Below are positions 26,250-39,278 of a DNA stretch of 64,000 nucleotides, piece by piece. Below the pieces are notes generated by a model that worked only from the letters and a program-made list of their open reading frames with translations, searched no databases and was not told the DNA's origin. Position 1 is the first letter of the stretch. The number at the start of each line of letters is the position of its first letter. The position numbers were made by a program, and so were the translations under genes. The stretch covers positions 43,152,001 through 43,216,000 of the forward strand of contig CM060733.1 of NCBI GenBank assembly GCA_030704615.1. The letters run 5' to 3'. This DNA comes from Takakia lepidozioides (lineage: Eukaryota; Plantae; Bryophyta).

Positions 26250-27050
26250 CGCTACTTGGAAAATTGATCCCAAGAGCTATCAAAGTTCATAGAAACACAC
26301 CAAAGAGCAAGCTCATTCAGCCATAGCTTATGGGTTCCCTGCCGACCTCCTCTATCCTTTGGGCTCAATCACTAAGATGGATTGTTCAAGGAAAAAACGC
26401 CACTGTCTCTTTGGGTTCCAAGCCCTGGCAGTCTGTATGGAAGGCCTGGCACTGCATGAGAGGCAACGAATGCCTTTGAATCTCCAGGAATGCATGAGGC
26501 AACCTCTATTCCCTAATTACAACATGGATTCTGATATCTTACTATCGCAGACTCCGCAATGGGCTTTTTGGGAACAATAGGGATTCACTTATATTGCAAA
26601 TACGTGGTCTCAAGACCACTTCCTCTCGCAGGCCCAAGTAGCTGCTATGGTTGGCCGGAGGAGCGCTAGAGCTTGGGACACCATTTTGGCCAATGTTCCC
26701 CAGTACATGCTTCGGAGCAACGGAAGAGGAAGCTGCTTCAAGACATCCATGACTCCTGGGGCAACGGCTACATGCTCGGCGCCGGTGATTCCAACACACA
26801 ATTTGTCTAGCAACAATCCATCCCCCCTCAATGGGAGCTGGTCCCCTGGTGAGGGGGACGATGCGGATTACAATGGCGCCTGCGCGAGCGTGCATGAGAC
26901 CCCAAATTCCATGCTCAACTCAAGTTCTGAATGTGACTGCTCTGCTTGTCCATCTCGTGTCAGCTCCTCCGCCCACCATCTCCCTACTGCTGAGAAGACA
27001 TTGTGCTCAATTCGTTTAGGGCCTTGGTTCCCTTTAGATCGTTGATGTTC
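26250..27050 (+). mobile_element. Degenerate L1-like LINE ORF2 fragment (post-RT region)
   Basis: Trp-rich peptides GSKPWQSVWKAW, ECMRQPLFPN, WAFWEQ*GFTYIANTW typical of L1 ORF2; stops and frameshifts. Confidence 0.55.
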
Positions 27051-27929
27051 TTAGCCTAGTATTTTGTTGTTGTTCCTGGCCTAGCAATTCGTCATTCTCT
27101 GCCTCGCCTCACCTCTCCCAAGGCTCCCCCTGGCTCTCTTTCTATCTTTCGTCCCCCCCCCCCCCCAATTATCTATCCACCCCTCGCTTAGCAGGTTGGC
27201 TAAGGTCTCGGGGATGTTCCCCCTCAGTAAGAATTACGGCCCCCCTTGGTGGTTATTTTTTTAGTCCGGGCACGGAAAAATAAAATAAAAATTGGTTGCC
27301 ACGCCGAGCCGTCGCCCTAACCAACGCAGTCGCCGGGATGGTAGCGACGGCCGGCGTGGCTAGAAGGAGGGGGCCCTAGCGCCCTGGATGGCCAAGAAGC
27401 GACGGCGGGGCGTCACTGGAGGGGGGTAGCGGCTTGCAACCCCCATCCGTCGCATTTATGCGACGTCCGATTAGTGACTGCTCGTGCCATGCCCAGGCAT
27501 CGCAAAAGGGCGCCTGCGCCCCTGCCTCAAAAGCAGCGTTTAGTGACGCCGCGGCGTGGCAGCGCCGTTGCCGCAACGTCACTAAACACCCCCCCCCCCC
27601 CCCCTGTTCCTGTAGTGTACATGGTAAGGGGTTGGTCGATAATGGTCGCATGCAGAACCGCAAAACTACCCCTAGATCCCAACTTGCGAGAAGCTCCGAG
27701 TGTGGAGTAGAGCCCAACAACCAGGACCAATTTACTTGTCGAACCTGAGCTTCACGGGAGCTCCTTCCCTGGCGGTGCTTCTAGTTAACGTCCCTATCGA
27801 AATCCAGGAAGAAGCGCGCCCCGGCCTCCCCTGCCTCTGGGACTGAACTCCATGTACAGGCATTTGGCGAAGGGCTGGAGCAAAGGATTCCCTGCTTGGC
27901 CTAGGAATCTTTGAAGGCTCCGTGTAAGT

Positions 27930-28470
27930 TAAGCCCCAGGATATTTGGCGATGTCTGGAGTCAATTTCAACCAAGCTTTCCTAGCCTCAGCTTGTTCATA
28001 AAAAAAAACCATAGCCAACAACATTGAAATCGTGCAATTGGAGTTGTTAAAGGTCCATTCGCATCTTGTTTTCCAAATGTGCCATAGCCCGGCTGCTCTG
28101 ATTGTTTCAGACACCTGGCAAGATGATGCAAGTTGTTTTGTTGATGGATCATAGTTGAGGAACAAGGCTGTGGGCTTGGGGCCCAGGTTCGAAGGACTAA
28201 GCTGAGTATCGGCCAATGGAATTTTACAATGAAGGAGGCAGTGCTCAATCGATTCCACCACCCCCAACGAACAACATCTGCATACGAGAACTGGAGCCAT
28301 CGAGGACCCTGTTCGCAACCTGCCAGAGGAAGGCATTAACCTTCGCAGGTCTCATTTTCACCCAAATTCCATTCCAGATTTCCTTCCAACGTTCCTCTTG
28401 GAAGCTGGCGGCCCCCCATTTGGCGTCCCATGTGGAAGTGTGGAGGGGAGAAGCATTGAGGCATTTGTAA
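27930..28470 (-). mobile_element. Degenerate L1-like LINE ORF2 zf-RVT fragment
   Basis: IWNGIWVKMRPAKVNAFLW, ESIEHCLLHC, LWHIWKTRCEWTF; similar to the fragment at 54.7-55.1 kb. Confidence 0.75.
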
Positions 28471-28589
28471 CCATTTTTCGTATATTATAGTGGAGTATAC
28501 TAACATGTTGTTATATTCATCAAATGTTCACATTTAGTATAATCCACTATATTCACTATAATGTGAACCCGTGTTTTGTTTTTGGAATT

Positions 28590-28854
28590 TGAAAAAAAAC
28601 GCGAGTGGCTAGAGAGTTTGGCAAAAAATAGCCATACATTCTGTTCATCCACTGAAATTAGGACAGAATCATTCATTTTTGTACACAAATCCATTTATAT
28701 CATCCATATCTGGCAAATTCATCCATAATGTTTTCTTTCATTTGGAGAAATTTGGCGATTTCATCCATGAAAAAACAAGGAATTTGCGACAAAATATTCC
28801 TTTTTTTCCCTGAGGTCGAAATTTGGCGAAAATCCGCCAGCAAAAAAAACGCTG
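28590..28854. mobile_element. Possible end of a non-autonomous DNA transposon/MITE (AT-rich, subterminal repeats)
   Basis: Repeated atttggcga and catccat motifs ending in aaaaaaaacgctg (reverse complement CAGCGTTTTTTTT, a hAT-like CAG terminus); partner terminus not found. Confidence 0.35.
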
Positions 28855-29141
28855 ATGTGAACACTTACAATAGTATTTTCATATATCTAAGATATTCAAG
28901 TGTACATATAAATTCAGAAAAGCAAAACAAAGAAAAACAGCTACAGTACTACATAGGTACAGTCGTAAGATAGTTAGTGGCAATATGGCAATAGCAGTAT
29001 ACGTTCTATAAGTTGCCTCACATAAGTTATACTTGTGACATAAGTTATGGGACACCGCTCCCGCAGCATAGCCCATACACTCCATGCCAAGGCCTGCCCC
29101 TAGCTTGTGCGCCAGCGTGGCAGGAGGCCGTCCACCGGAGG

Positions 29142-29199
29142 GCTTGTGCCAACGTGGCGTAGAGGACGTGGCGAAGCGGGCAGGTTGGAGGCCGGGCAG
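29142..29199 (-). repeat. Inverted copy of 25728-25787 (extra partial copy at 29103-29120)
   Basis: Direct comparison; 29103-29120 is the exact reverse complement of 25770-25787. Confidence 0.8.
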
Positions 29200-29601
29200 C
29201 CACGGCACGATCCCTGCACTGTACAGGGAGGGCTGGTGTGGTAGCCATGTTTGCTGCACGCCTGCTGCCCCGCCAGATTCTTTCCTGCGCGCTCTCACCA
29301 AACTTTCATTGCAGGGTCTCAAATCGCTGGTTCTGGTAATGCAGTCAGTAAGTGAAGCAATGGATGCGCTACTTACTTAGTGCGGGCTTGTAATGCGGTG
29401 CTAAACAGTCAGTGTAGCGGCAGCTGCAGAGATAAGACGGTATGGCCAGTCTGGGCCGTGTAACGTTTACACTTTACACACTCACATGTATTCAATGTCC
29501 ATGCAACTGAGATGCAGCAAATATTCTGCGGCCACAGAAAGATCCTTGGGGGAGAAGCTATGATGACGAGCATGAGCGTGTGGAGCGAGCTTGGTGGTGA
29601 G

Positions 29602-30128
29602 CCTTGCCCACAATGTATCCGCTTCCAAGACGATCGGAACAAGAGGAGGTGCGGGGAAATGTGGTAGGCAGGATTGAAGCAAACAGCGAGCCCATCCACC
29701 CACTGATTGGCTGCAGCAAAAACAAAAGAGAGGGATGCAATGAGAGTGAGCATGGGATTCGGTGTGGTGGTTGCGGTGGGGTAGGCAACTTGTGGACTTG
29801 TGAATCTTACTACCCTAGTGTACCTGCTACCTACCTTCTTAGCTCAAATTGCAGATGATGACTCGTGATGAGGGGGAGTGTAGTTTATGAAGACAAATGG
29901 ATGGCTGTGGACTGATAGCACAACGGATGACCATGAATAAAAATTCCCCGTGGTTTCCTTTTCATGAAAAAGAGGAATGCATGTGTTTACACTGAGTAGC
30001 CAAGTCCTCAAATGGATTTCAAACTTTGGGTAGACAGCCTGCCAGCTCCCAAGTAGTGCCTTCATTCACCCATATTGTATTCATAATTTTATTGTACACT
30101 TCAAAACTACACAGTCCTGGGTGAACAT
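29602..30128 (+). repeat. About 500-bp direct duplicate of 35509-35999 (5' flank of CCX gene)
   Basis: Long shared blocks, e.g. cctagtgtacctgctacctaccttcttagctcaaattgcagatgatga and tggtttccttttcatgaaaaagaggaatgcatgtgtt. Confidence 0.9.
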
Positions 30129-30560
30129 GGACCTCTTTCCCCTTTTCCAGAGCTCCCAGGCTTGCACAGGCATTGCAAATACAAACAAATGTGATGTGGT
30201 TGGGCTTCACCCCTTCGCGCAGCATTTGCTCAATAGGTCTCCAAAGCATTCCTACCACACCCATGCTTGGTAAATCCTGCCAACATTATATTCCACGTTA
30301 TCAAAGGTCGATGCGGCATTCTGTTGAACTCTTGGTGAGCAAACATGATGTTCCCACACTTAAGATACATGTCGACAAGGGTTTTTGGCTTGAATCCACT
30401 TCGGATAATGTGAGTGTGCACCTGCTTTCCAGCTTCCAGACCTTCCATCTTGATGCACTTAAGCAAGAGATAGACATTATTTGAATCTGCTGACATGCCT
30501 CCTTGGTTTGAAGTTTGTAGAGCCTTTGTCAGTCTGCCTGCCACACAAAGTATCTTCACA
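30120..30560 (-). pseudogene. PLS-class PPR gene fragment
   Basis: GKQVHTHIIRSG, LVDMYLKCG, TWNIMLAGF, MLREGVKPNHITFVCICNACASLGALEKGKEVH; frameshifted and truncated. Confidence 0.85.
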
Positions 30561-30650
30561 TGCCCAGAAGTGCCAGAAGAGGCATTGTGGACTCCCTCCC
30601 TTGATCCACTTTCAGAAGAGGTGCCTGATTTTATCAACTGTGCCGCTGCA

Positions 30651-31761
30651 GCTGCTGCCTTTAGTTGACCATCTACGCATGCAGGTTTCTTGTAGCTATT
30701 GATCCACAGGGAATCATAGGTAATCTGGAGCTTGAAGTCCGGCCCTCTTGGATGAATCTGGACCCACACTCTACCCTGCTCCTTCAGCTATCCATGCCTC
30801 TGCACAAATCATGCATACATCCTTGCCTTGCTGCTGCTAGCAGCTGACAGTGAGCCTAGAATTGTTCCAGCAAACACCCCAACCCTACTTATCACACTAG
30901 TTCCTATGCTGACTTCCATCTGCTTCCAAAAAGCATTCACCTTTACGCCTATTGTTCCACCATTGACTGGGATCGGAAACATATTCACTCCAGAACTTCT
31001 CCTTGTCTCTGTTATCTGTCTGTCTTTCGATACTTTCCTGTTGCCACATTGGCAGTAACATGTCGAAATCAATCCAAAACCACCATAGATCCACCAACGA
31101 GCTAACTTGCAGAATTCAACATGAAAATTTAGGGACGACTCTGATAACAAGGAAAAACAGGCTGAAGTAGAAGGTGCCTTCATGAGCAGTGCCTTGTTCT
31201 ATAAATTGTGCTGCTGCAAAGCTGCTGTTTCCAGTTGACCATCTACCCATGCAGATTTCTTGTAGCTATTGATCCACACGGGATCAGAAGTAATCTTGTG
31301 TTTTAAATCCGGCCCTCTTGGATGAATCTGGACCTCTCTATCCCTGATCCTTCAGCTATCCCTGCCTGTGGACAAATCATGAATACATCCTCAGCCTTGC
31401 TGCTAGCAGCTGACACTGACGGCATGAAGATCTTCCAGCAAACACCCCAACCCTACTTATTACAGTAGTTCCAATTCTGAATTGCATCTGCTTCTCTCTG
31501 TAGTCCAACAAGCATTCACCTTTTTGTCTCCATTGTCCACCATTGACTGGGGTCGGAAAAGTGTTCATTCCAAAGCTTCTCCTCATCTGTTGTCTGTTTT
31601 TGGATACTTTCCTGCTGCCACATCGGCAGTAACTTGTCGAAGTCACTCCAAACCACCACAGATCCACCCAACTAGCTAAGTTACAGAATTCAATATGCAT
31701 CTTAGGGCCGAGTCTGATGAGAGGGCAAAACAGGCTGAAATAGATCGAAGAAGAAGGTGCC
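30651..31761 (-). repeat. Tandem ~530-bp duplication (30651-31178 / 31221-31761), each copy with an OSB-type PDF motif remnant
   Basis: Shared ccggccctcttggatgaatctggacc and gcaaacaccccaaccctacttat; peptides EKFWSEYVSDPSQWWNNRRK and HPRGPDFK...LWIN. Confidence 0.75.
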
Positions 31762-31991
31762 CTCACCACATTGTCCTTGACATTGTGTCATGACCCAGGG
31801 AGGATTTGACCGACTATCAACCCAAAAGGACCTCTTGTGTGTGCTACTTGTGTCTGTAGTCAGGTAGTGTCGGATTTGTCTGTGAGAACCACCACGGTGC
31901 AGCTAAGCAGGCAGGATTGAAACGCAGCCTGGTAAGACCACGCTGACTCATTAAAGGAAGAATACCAAATCATGGTACTAACAGGAGCCAA
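31704..31991 (+). repeat. Dispersed ~290-bp repeat, second copy at 61266-61571
   Basis: agggccgagtctgatgagagggcaaaa...gaagaagaaggtgccctcaccacattgtcc...ggaagaataccaaatcatggtactaacaggagccaa occurs at both places. Confidence 0.9.
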
Positions 31992-32397
31992 ATCACATTC
32001 CAAGAGACTAAATTTCGCTCAGCTGGCTAATTTTGAGTTTCCAGTGCAGTCATGTAGTTGTCAATGCGAAGCTGCATTTCAACTTATTGCTGGACAGTGG
32101 TTGGTTAAGCCATTTTGGCAATGCACCCAATCCAAACAATTTTGTTTCCAGATATTTCATAAGCCCTCCTCAACCTCCTCAACCGGCCAAAAAAAAAATT
32201 ATATTGCAGTTTATTCTATGAAGAGAGTCCCCATCATGCTTGCATGTGCTTACTTTGGACCTTAGCTTTGTCCGGAAATTGTTTCCAGCATGTTTTCGAA
32301 ATGACATCCCCACCCTCAGGAGAGGGCTATATTCACATTGAAGAAAAGGGGTTCTTAAACTACCTTTATCTGCCTATCCATCTTCATCTCTCTCTGG

Positions 32398-35300
32398 CTA
32401 CCGAACTCCATTATTTCTAAAGGCCAGCGCAGAAGGAAGACCTGCCATAGAAATGAGACCAAGAATGTTGGCCAGCCGCAGTGCAAGAAATGATGCATAC
32501 AGAAACAATAGTCCAATTCCAAGACCCTTGCTGGGGGCCATTCTTCGGGCTGGCAAAACTACGAGGGCCCAAAGCAGTATGACAAAAAGAAACCCAAGGG
32601 TATAGAATAATGTATTATCAGTGGGGACAACGAAGGCCAAAGGATAGGTCTTCCAGCTAGCAAGCAAAAGGGAGAGACCCAAACCAACCAGCGTGTTGAA
32701 CATAGGCCCTGCATAGCAACCAGACATTGCAATCTGGACCCCGTCACTTCCGTTGGATGCAAGGGCAAGATTTGACACCAAATCCCCGATCGAATTTCCC
32801 CACGCAAGGACAGTAAGGCCCAGAATAGCAGCATCAATATCCAACATCACACCTAAGGAAACCAATGCTGCCACAAGCTCGTTTGCAACCAGATAGAACC
32901 ACACAACGCTCATTATGAATCCCCCAACCACCCATGGAAACAGGTACTGGCGGGGAGGGTGCTCAGACGTTGTGGTAACGAATGCAAGAATACTCAAGAG
33001 AGCTCCTACACTTCCGCCAAACATATATACTCTTACGCTGCCCCCCAAAGGATGGCCTTCATTGCTATCCCATACTGCTGCCAAAAGAGTTGGGGACAAT
33101 GCTGCACTTGCAATTGCAAATGGACGAGACCACCGCGAGTCTTCAACGATGGGAATGGTTAGGCGACGGGGAAGAGTGAGAAGAATCTCCAGAGTTCGAC
33201 AAAGTAGCCGTTGAAGCGATCTCCCAGCCTGAAAAATCAGTTAGTAAGGTCTACAAACAACAGGCCTCTCTAAGCATGAGGGAAGACATTCAAGGAGCAC
33301 CTGTCCTTGAGATCTGTTTGCTGGCATAACGAGCTATATCTGTGATCTTTATGTAGTTTCTGTTAGGAGAGATTCTCTCCTTTTCAAGAGTAACCCTATC
33401 AAATGAGCTGTGAGTTATTATCAGGACAAGTCATGGAGGAAGATGCCTTGAACTGGGTAGCTATTAATCCAGTAACAATCCAAATCTGACAAATCTGTAG
33501 GCATTATACAACACCAAGGATTTCTTATGAATTCTTTATCTCCATTTCAACTTCATTCACTCAACTTCCTAGCCCAACCCTACCAAAACAAGTACTGTTA
33601 CGTGGACAAAACGCATCCTCAGCCCTGGAAGGACCCAAATGATGACTATGGATGGTTCGAATGTGCATGCAATCTCACCTGCAATTCGGCTTCTTGCTGC
33701 TCACTCCATCCCCACAGAGGACGGTAAGACGTCTCCAATGGGGCCAAGCCCTTGTGTGAGTAGATGGCAACATGAGAGGCCCACATCCACTGGGGCAGAT
33801 TGGTCTCAGTTGACGGGCCTGCATCGATAGATTCAGAGAATGGTCCCAACTGTTCCTCGTCACTTAGGTAGGAAGAACGAAGCGGCGAATAACCTGCCAA
33901 TCGAAGACAAACAGGACTACTTATGCTGCCCTGCCATATTGCCTCATTGTGGGGCAACAGTCAGACAAGGCATACAACGAGTTAAGAGCAACTGTACCTT
34001 GACATAGCAGTCCAGTGGACTTTGGCAAACGGTCTAACTGTCAAAGGTGGGTACAATGCTAAAATATTTTGGTAAGATTTTCAAGGCCACATACTGCAAA
34101 TTTTTAGGATTTTTCTTGTTGACTCACTCCTGGTATTTCAAAGGGTGCTACAAACTGAAATTTGACTCCAGTTGCAAATAGGAAGAGAGAGAGAGAGAGA
34201 GAGGCTTGAATATCATACTTTCAAGAAGAGGCTCTAAGGCATATGATGACTGCCGCTTCTTGTGGGTCTTCACCCATTCTCCAGCAGCAACTGTTATCGC
34301 GTACACCACATATATTGAACTGAACGCAACAGCTCCCCAGAAATGTACTTTTCCAACAATGAGGATAATGCAGAGAACCCCCAAGGAGACCAGGAAGAAC
34401 CCAATATCCCTGAAAAAGCAACTGCGATCCAGGTGTATCATGCCTGTCCCAGGGGCACTTGATACCACCAGACAAACTGACCCGGCCACCACTGAAGTGA
34501 CAAAGACCGCACCCCCTAGCACACTATTCAGCCCAACCTGCAACCAGAAAAATTAATAGGGGAAGATTATTAATGCACCACTCTGGGTGTTATTTTCTTT
34601 AGTGTCCAATTAGCCTGATTCAATGTCCCCTTGTAAGTGTGTCAATTTCAGCCTAGGTCTTTTGAGTCTCCACCCATAGTAAAATTTGTTTCAAACACAT
34701 GCACATCCTTCTCTCACTTCCCCATACACACTCCTGCCTTACAATAATAAAAGAGGCGTGCTTCAGTATTGAACAAGGAAAGTAAAGATGGAAGCAAAGC
34801 AAATTACCTGGCCATGTTCGGATCCCATGAACGCAGCAATGCTCGCAAACACATCAGGGGCTCCATTTCCAAGGGGAAGGAGTGAAACCCCAGCCACTGT
34901 AGGTGGCAGCAGCAACAGATTTGAGAGCTTTTCCAGTGAAGAACAAAAGAAGTCGGCCGCTGTATTCCCCAGCATATAGAAGAGAGCCATCAGCCATAGA
35001 AACAATACGAAATATGCGATACTCGGCGAATGTGCGCACTTGCAATAGAAAAAATCTGTGTACTCGATCAGTGTTCCGGACCGGCACTGTGGATTGGCTC
35101 GCACGTAAGAGCATGAATCCGGAAAGCCCAAGTGAGCTCTGACATTTTGACACGGAGTAAAGATCTCCTCGCCTCCTTCAAAGAGGGTTGTTCCGTTGTC
35201 TAAAATAGGGTTTGCTAAAGTTTCTGTGGGAAGGAGTGTTCCATTCTTCACAGCAGCCTTGATACTCTCTAGACCCAGAATACGCCTGAATGCCCCCTGG

Positions 35301-35503
35301 CTTCCCTGCTCGGATGCATGTGGGCACGAGGTGTCTGACTTCCAATCATGGCTAGATCTGAGGTGTATTCTGCGGTTGATAGCCCGTATAGGGCCGGATG
35401 AAGGATCCTTACCATAGAGATGTGTCCGCAGAAGCACAAGGAAGAGAATAAAAGAAACAAGGTAGAGGAAAGGCCGAATTCGGTGACCCCACTTGCTGGC
35501 CAT
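32398..35503 (-). CDS. CCX: Cation/calcium exchanger (CCX family), 4 exons
   Basis: Exons 35503-34808, 34537-34219, ~33892-33679, 33228-32398. Alpha-1 [23 protein letters not shown]; alpha-2 [23 protein letters not shown]; LPRRLTIP. Confidence 0.93.
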
Positions 35504-35508
35504 CTCTC

Positions 35509-35999
35509 CCTTGCCGACAATGTATCCGCTTGCAAGACGATCGGCAGAAGAGGAGGTGCGGGGATATGTGGTAACTTAGGCACGAACAGCGAGCCCATCC
35601 ACCCACTAATTTGCTGCAGCAAACACAAAAGAGAGGGATGCGATGAGAGTGAGCATGGGATCCGGCGTGTTGGTTGCGGTGGGGTCGGCAACTTGTGGAC
35701 TTGTGAATCTTACAACCCTAGTGTACCTGCTACCTACCTTCTTAGCTCAAATTGCAGATGATGAGGGGGAGTGTAGTTTATGAAGACAAATGGATAGCTG
35801 TGGACTGATAGCACAACGGATGACCATGAATAAAAATTCTCCGTGGTTTCCTTTTCATGAAAAAGAGGAATGCATGTGTTTCCGTCCTTCAAACTTTGGG
35901 TAAACAGCCTTCCAGCTCCAAAAGTAGTGCCTTCATTCACCCATCTTGTATTCATAATTTTACTGTACACTTCAAAACTACGTAGTCCTGGGTGAACAT
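35509..35999 (+). repeat. Copy of 29602-30128, directly upstream of the CCX ATG
   Basis: Direct comparison. Confidence 0.9.
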
Positions 36000-36539
36000 T
36001 TGCTGAAGTACCTAGCCACCATTCGCTCAGTGGCAACCTGGAGTCCCACCTCAGAATTGAGGGTGGGTGGGCAGTCACAAAAGTAAATAGAGAGATGCAT
36101 GTGGGAAGACCTGCAAGGGCGGCAGAGGCCATGGGCAGCAATTTTGCATGTAGCTGACAAGGCCATGCATTGCAGTCTTCCTTGAGTGTAATATCCTTCA
36201 ATGTCTCATAAGAGCTTTACATTGTAATGAACAATGGTGAGATAGTTATGCTTGTCATAGGCCCACACCTTCCTCTTTCTCACTGCCTTTCCACTCTGTC
36301 ATAATTGAGCCATGATGCATACCACACACATCATCAATGTGGGTATGCGTCCATCTCAGCTGCTTAGGCATCTTCAAGCAGAGTCTGAGGCTGCACTAAA
36401 GCTTAAGCAACATTTCAGGGAAGAGACATTCAAAAACTATTATCACACCTACATTGTGCACACAATAGTTGCTTTCCTTGAGGGGATGCAATTCATGGCC
36501 GCATATAAATCGTAGCCAAGAGGGCCACGTGACCAAAGA

Positions 36540-39151
36540 TCACTCGTCATTGTCATCAATGTCCACACACTCTTTCACCAGCTGCTTCTCCCGGACAGCA
36601 GCCTCTAGCTGGCGGAGCTCATCTATATCCTGCCATAACCTTTTATCGCTAACAAGCTTGCTTTCCATTAGTCGCGCACTGCAGCCTGTGTACAAAGTCA
36701 TTCACTCACTCAAAACAAATGGCAAACGTCCAAGTGCAGAACAGATTGATGCAGACACTTAGTAGCTAATATTCAGCTCATATTCAAAAACAGGGAAAAA
36801 TAGAAAAACCCACCACCAGCACTCTAACTGCACGTCTAAATGACAGAACAAAGAAGGAACTTGGTAAGGACCATGAAATACCTCAAAGAGCTTACAGATA
36901 GTAACACATAAGAAACGAAGAAACAAGTACAAACTAGAAGAAACATCGTCACTTTATCTTCCGCTATCAATTTTAATTGTACCCTTAAGATATCCACAAT
37001 TTTCATATTCTTGAATTGAGGATACAAGATAGGTTGAAACATTACCTGCAGCGGCACATTGACATGAACCCTCCGTTTTGTGACTTGCTAAGTAGCTTGT
37101 GGCCACCCCTCGATCATAAATATGATGACAATCCTCACTGCAGTTCAACCCAAGCTTAATCCAGGGTCCTCATGGTCCAATGCTCAATGTGATGGCCCAA
37201 TAGTTCTTTGTTTCTTGAGGAAGAACTATACCATAGGATGGTCCAAACCTCAAGTTCTTCCACAAGATAGTAGCCAGAGGGTTCTCGGGCAATTCGAGAA
37301 AACTGCGATAAGTAATCTCTGATATCATTATTGAAGATGCCTTTCTATCCTGCACTTCCATTCGTTTATTTTGTGCTTCCCTATCTCAGAATGGTTGGCT
37401 ACCAGTCCCTCTTGCTCCCTCATACAAACGCGACACACACAATCCTGCATCCATCCTCTGCTGTCCACACATATCATATAAAAAAACTATGGAAGCAAAA
37501 CTTGCATAAATAGATCAATAAATGTACCTGCGGACAGGGTCATCTAGGTCAACAACTGGCTTCCCACTGAGTGGGCATGTAAGATTTAAAACCGAGTACT
37601 TGCAGCTTGTAAGCAATACATCATTCACATCTCCCTCTGAATGTTCATCTCCAGACTTGTGATTTTTCTGCACAGATAATACGAAGTAACAGTGTTTCAT
37701 GTTCTTCCTAATCGAATTTCCAAAACCGGAAAATACAGAAATTTAGCAGGCCAAGTAACAACTGGACCAAAAACGCAGTTTACTTTAACATTAGATGATG
37801 CATGCGAAACGGCATTAACATCAGGGCAGTAGCAGGAAACATGTGTGTACCATATTACCCAGATTCCGTGGCAGCTGCCCGCAAGGGTTTCCTCCCCTGC
37901 CTCTAATTATTCAGGCTATCTGCTCATCTCAAACATCGTCATGGCAATAACTTCTCAGAGGTCCAATACTTCTTTCATAAATTTCAAAACAGATTATCCT
38001 TGATTTTCGACATCACCCCTATAGATTACCTTGCATTCAGCTCTCGCCTCTCCATCGACATATTGCAAAACTTCTATGATGCCGTCCTCCTCATCCACCC
38101 GCGTATCTGATCTCACATCCTTTGGCATGTCTGCCATCTTTGAAACTGTGGTACCAACGAAGGCTGTAGTTTCCACAGCTTTCCAATCAGCAGCATTGAT
38201 TGTCTCACCATCATTGCTACATGCACAACTGGCATTCAAGTTGCAAGAAAAATTTTCAGCTAAAGAGGAGACTGCTTCCATGTAAGTATCCCGAAAATGA
38301 GGTTTGCGATCCCCGTAGCCAGATGGTTGTGATTGATCATGACTGACCTGCATGAAGCCACAGTTCTTCTTAGTGGTCTTTGTAGTCGCTTTCTTGAGCC
38401 ACTGCTCACCAAAACTATCCTCCACGATCCCCCCAAACTTGTGCCTCTCATTTGCCCTTGTTCCTTCCACCCAATCGAACATTTGTGGCTTAAAGTCTTT
38501 ACAACCCCTGACATCTTCCCATTCAGCAGACAACGGGATAGAGGCAAGATCCTCCCTGGCAACTTTCTGGTTGCTGCACGCATCCATTGTGTTTTTCTGT
38601 GGTGTCTTATGACACCCTTTTGTTTTCTCTATGCAATTCGAGGGGGATGGCTTACAATCTGGGCACTCTTCAAGCGATGATTCATCTGCACATACCTGCG
38701 CCGGATCACAGGAACCATTCTTCATCCACATGTTGCTTACCGTATAGTCAGTGTCTTCCTTCTTGTCCTTCTTCAGTCCTCCTGGGTCTTTGACTGTAGT
38801 GTTCACTGATGGTTTCTTCTCTTCAAGTTTCTTACAGGGCTGCTCTGCCAACCCCTGTGCCTTGCTACTCCCCTTGTCACTACTCCCTGACTTCCTACCA
38901 TGACCAACAAGTTCAACCATTTCGGGCTTCACTAGATCCTTCTTAAGAGCATCATGGCAGAAACCTACTACTTCTTTCCCATCTCTTTCAGAATAGAGGT
39001 TGCTCTCCTGCAATTTCCTTATTGCTGGTTTTTCGATGCCGTCAGCCCTTTCTAGCCCTAACCCCCACAATTCCTGATGGGATTCGCCAAAGTTTGTCAT
39101 GCAACCTACACATCTAGTTTTGATGCCGCATTCCACATTCTGTGCTCCCAT
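36540..39151 (-). CDS. NSE2/MMS21-like SP-RING (zf-Nse) SUMO E3 ligase-like protein with long N-terminal extension
   Basis: Exons 37667-37528 (VLNLTCPLSGKPVVDLDDPVR), ~37137-37046 (SEDCHHIYD...CAAAG), ~36685-36540 (stop), small exon ~37900-37859 (..GIW). Large upstream exon 39151-~38030 ends at AAG|GTAATC; its linkage is inferred. Confidence 0.7.
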
Positions 39152-39242
39152 CCCTTCTCCAATTATGGCACAAACATAATGAATCAGTATATCAAGAGTC
39201 AGCTGTTCTCCTGAGAAGAGTACACTACCAAACTTGCAAGAT

Positions 39243-39278
39243 GCGTGCGTGCGTGCGTGCGTGAGACAGAGAGAGAGA
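39243..39278 (+). repeat. (GCGT)n/(GA)n microsatellite
   Basis: Directly visible; other (GA)n tracts at ~9620, ~20038 and ~34185. Confidence 0.85.

Noticed and set aside
29602-35999. LTR pair
   Set aside because: No clean TG...CA ends, PBS/PPT or gag-pol; the enclosed sequence is an intron-containing host gene.
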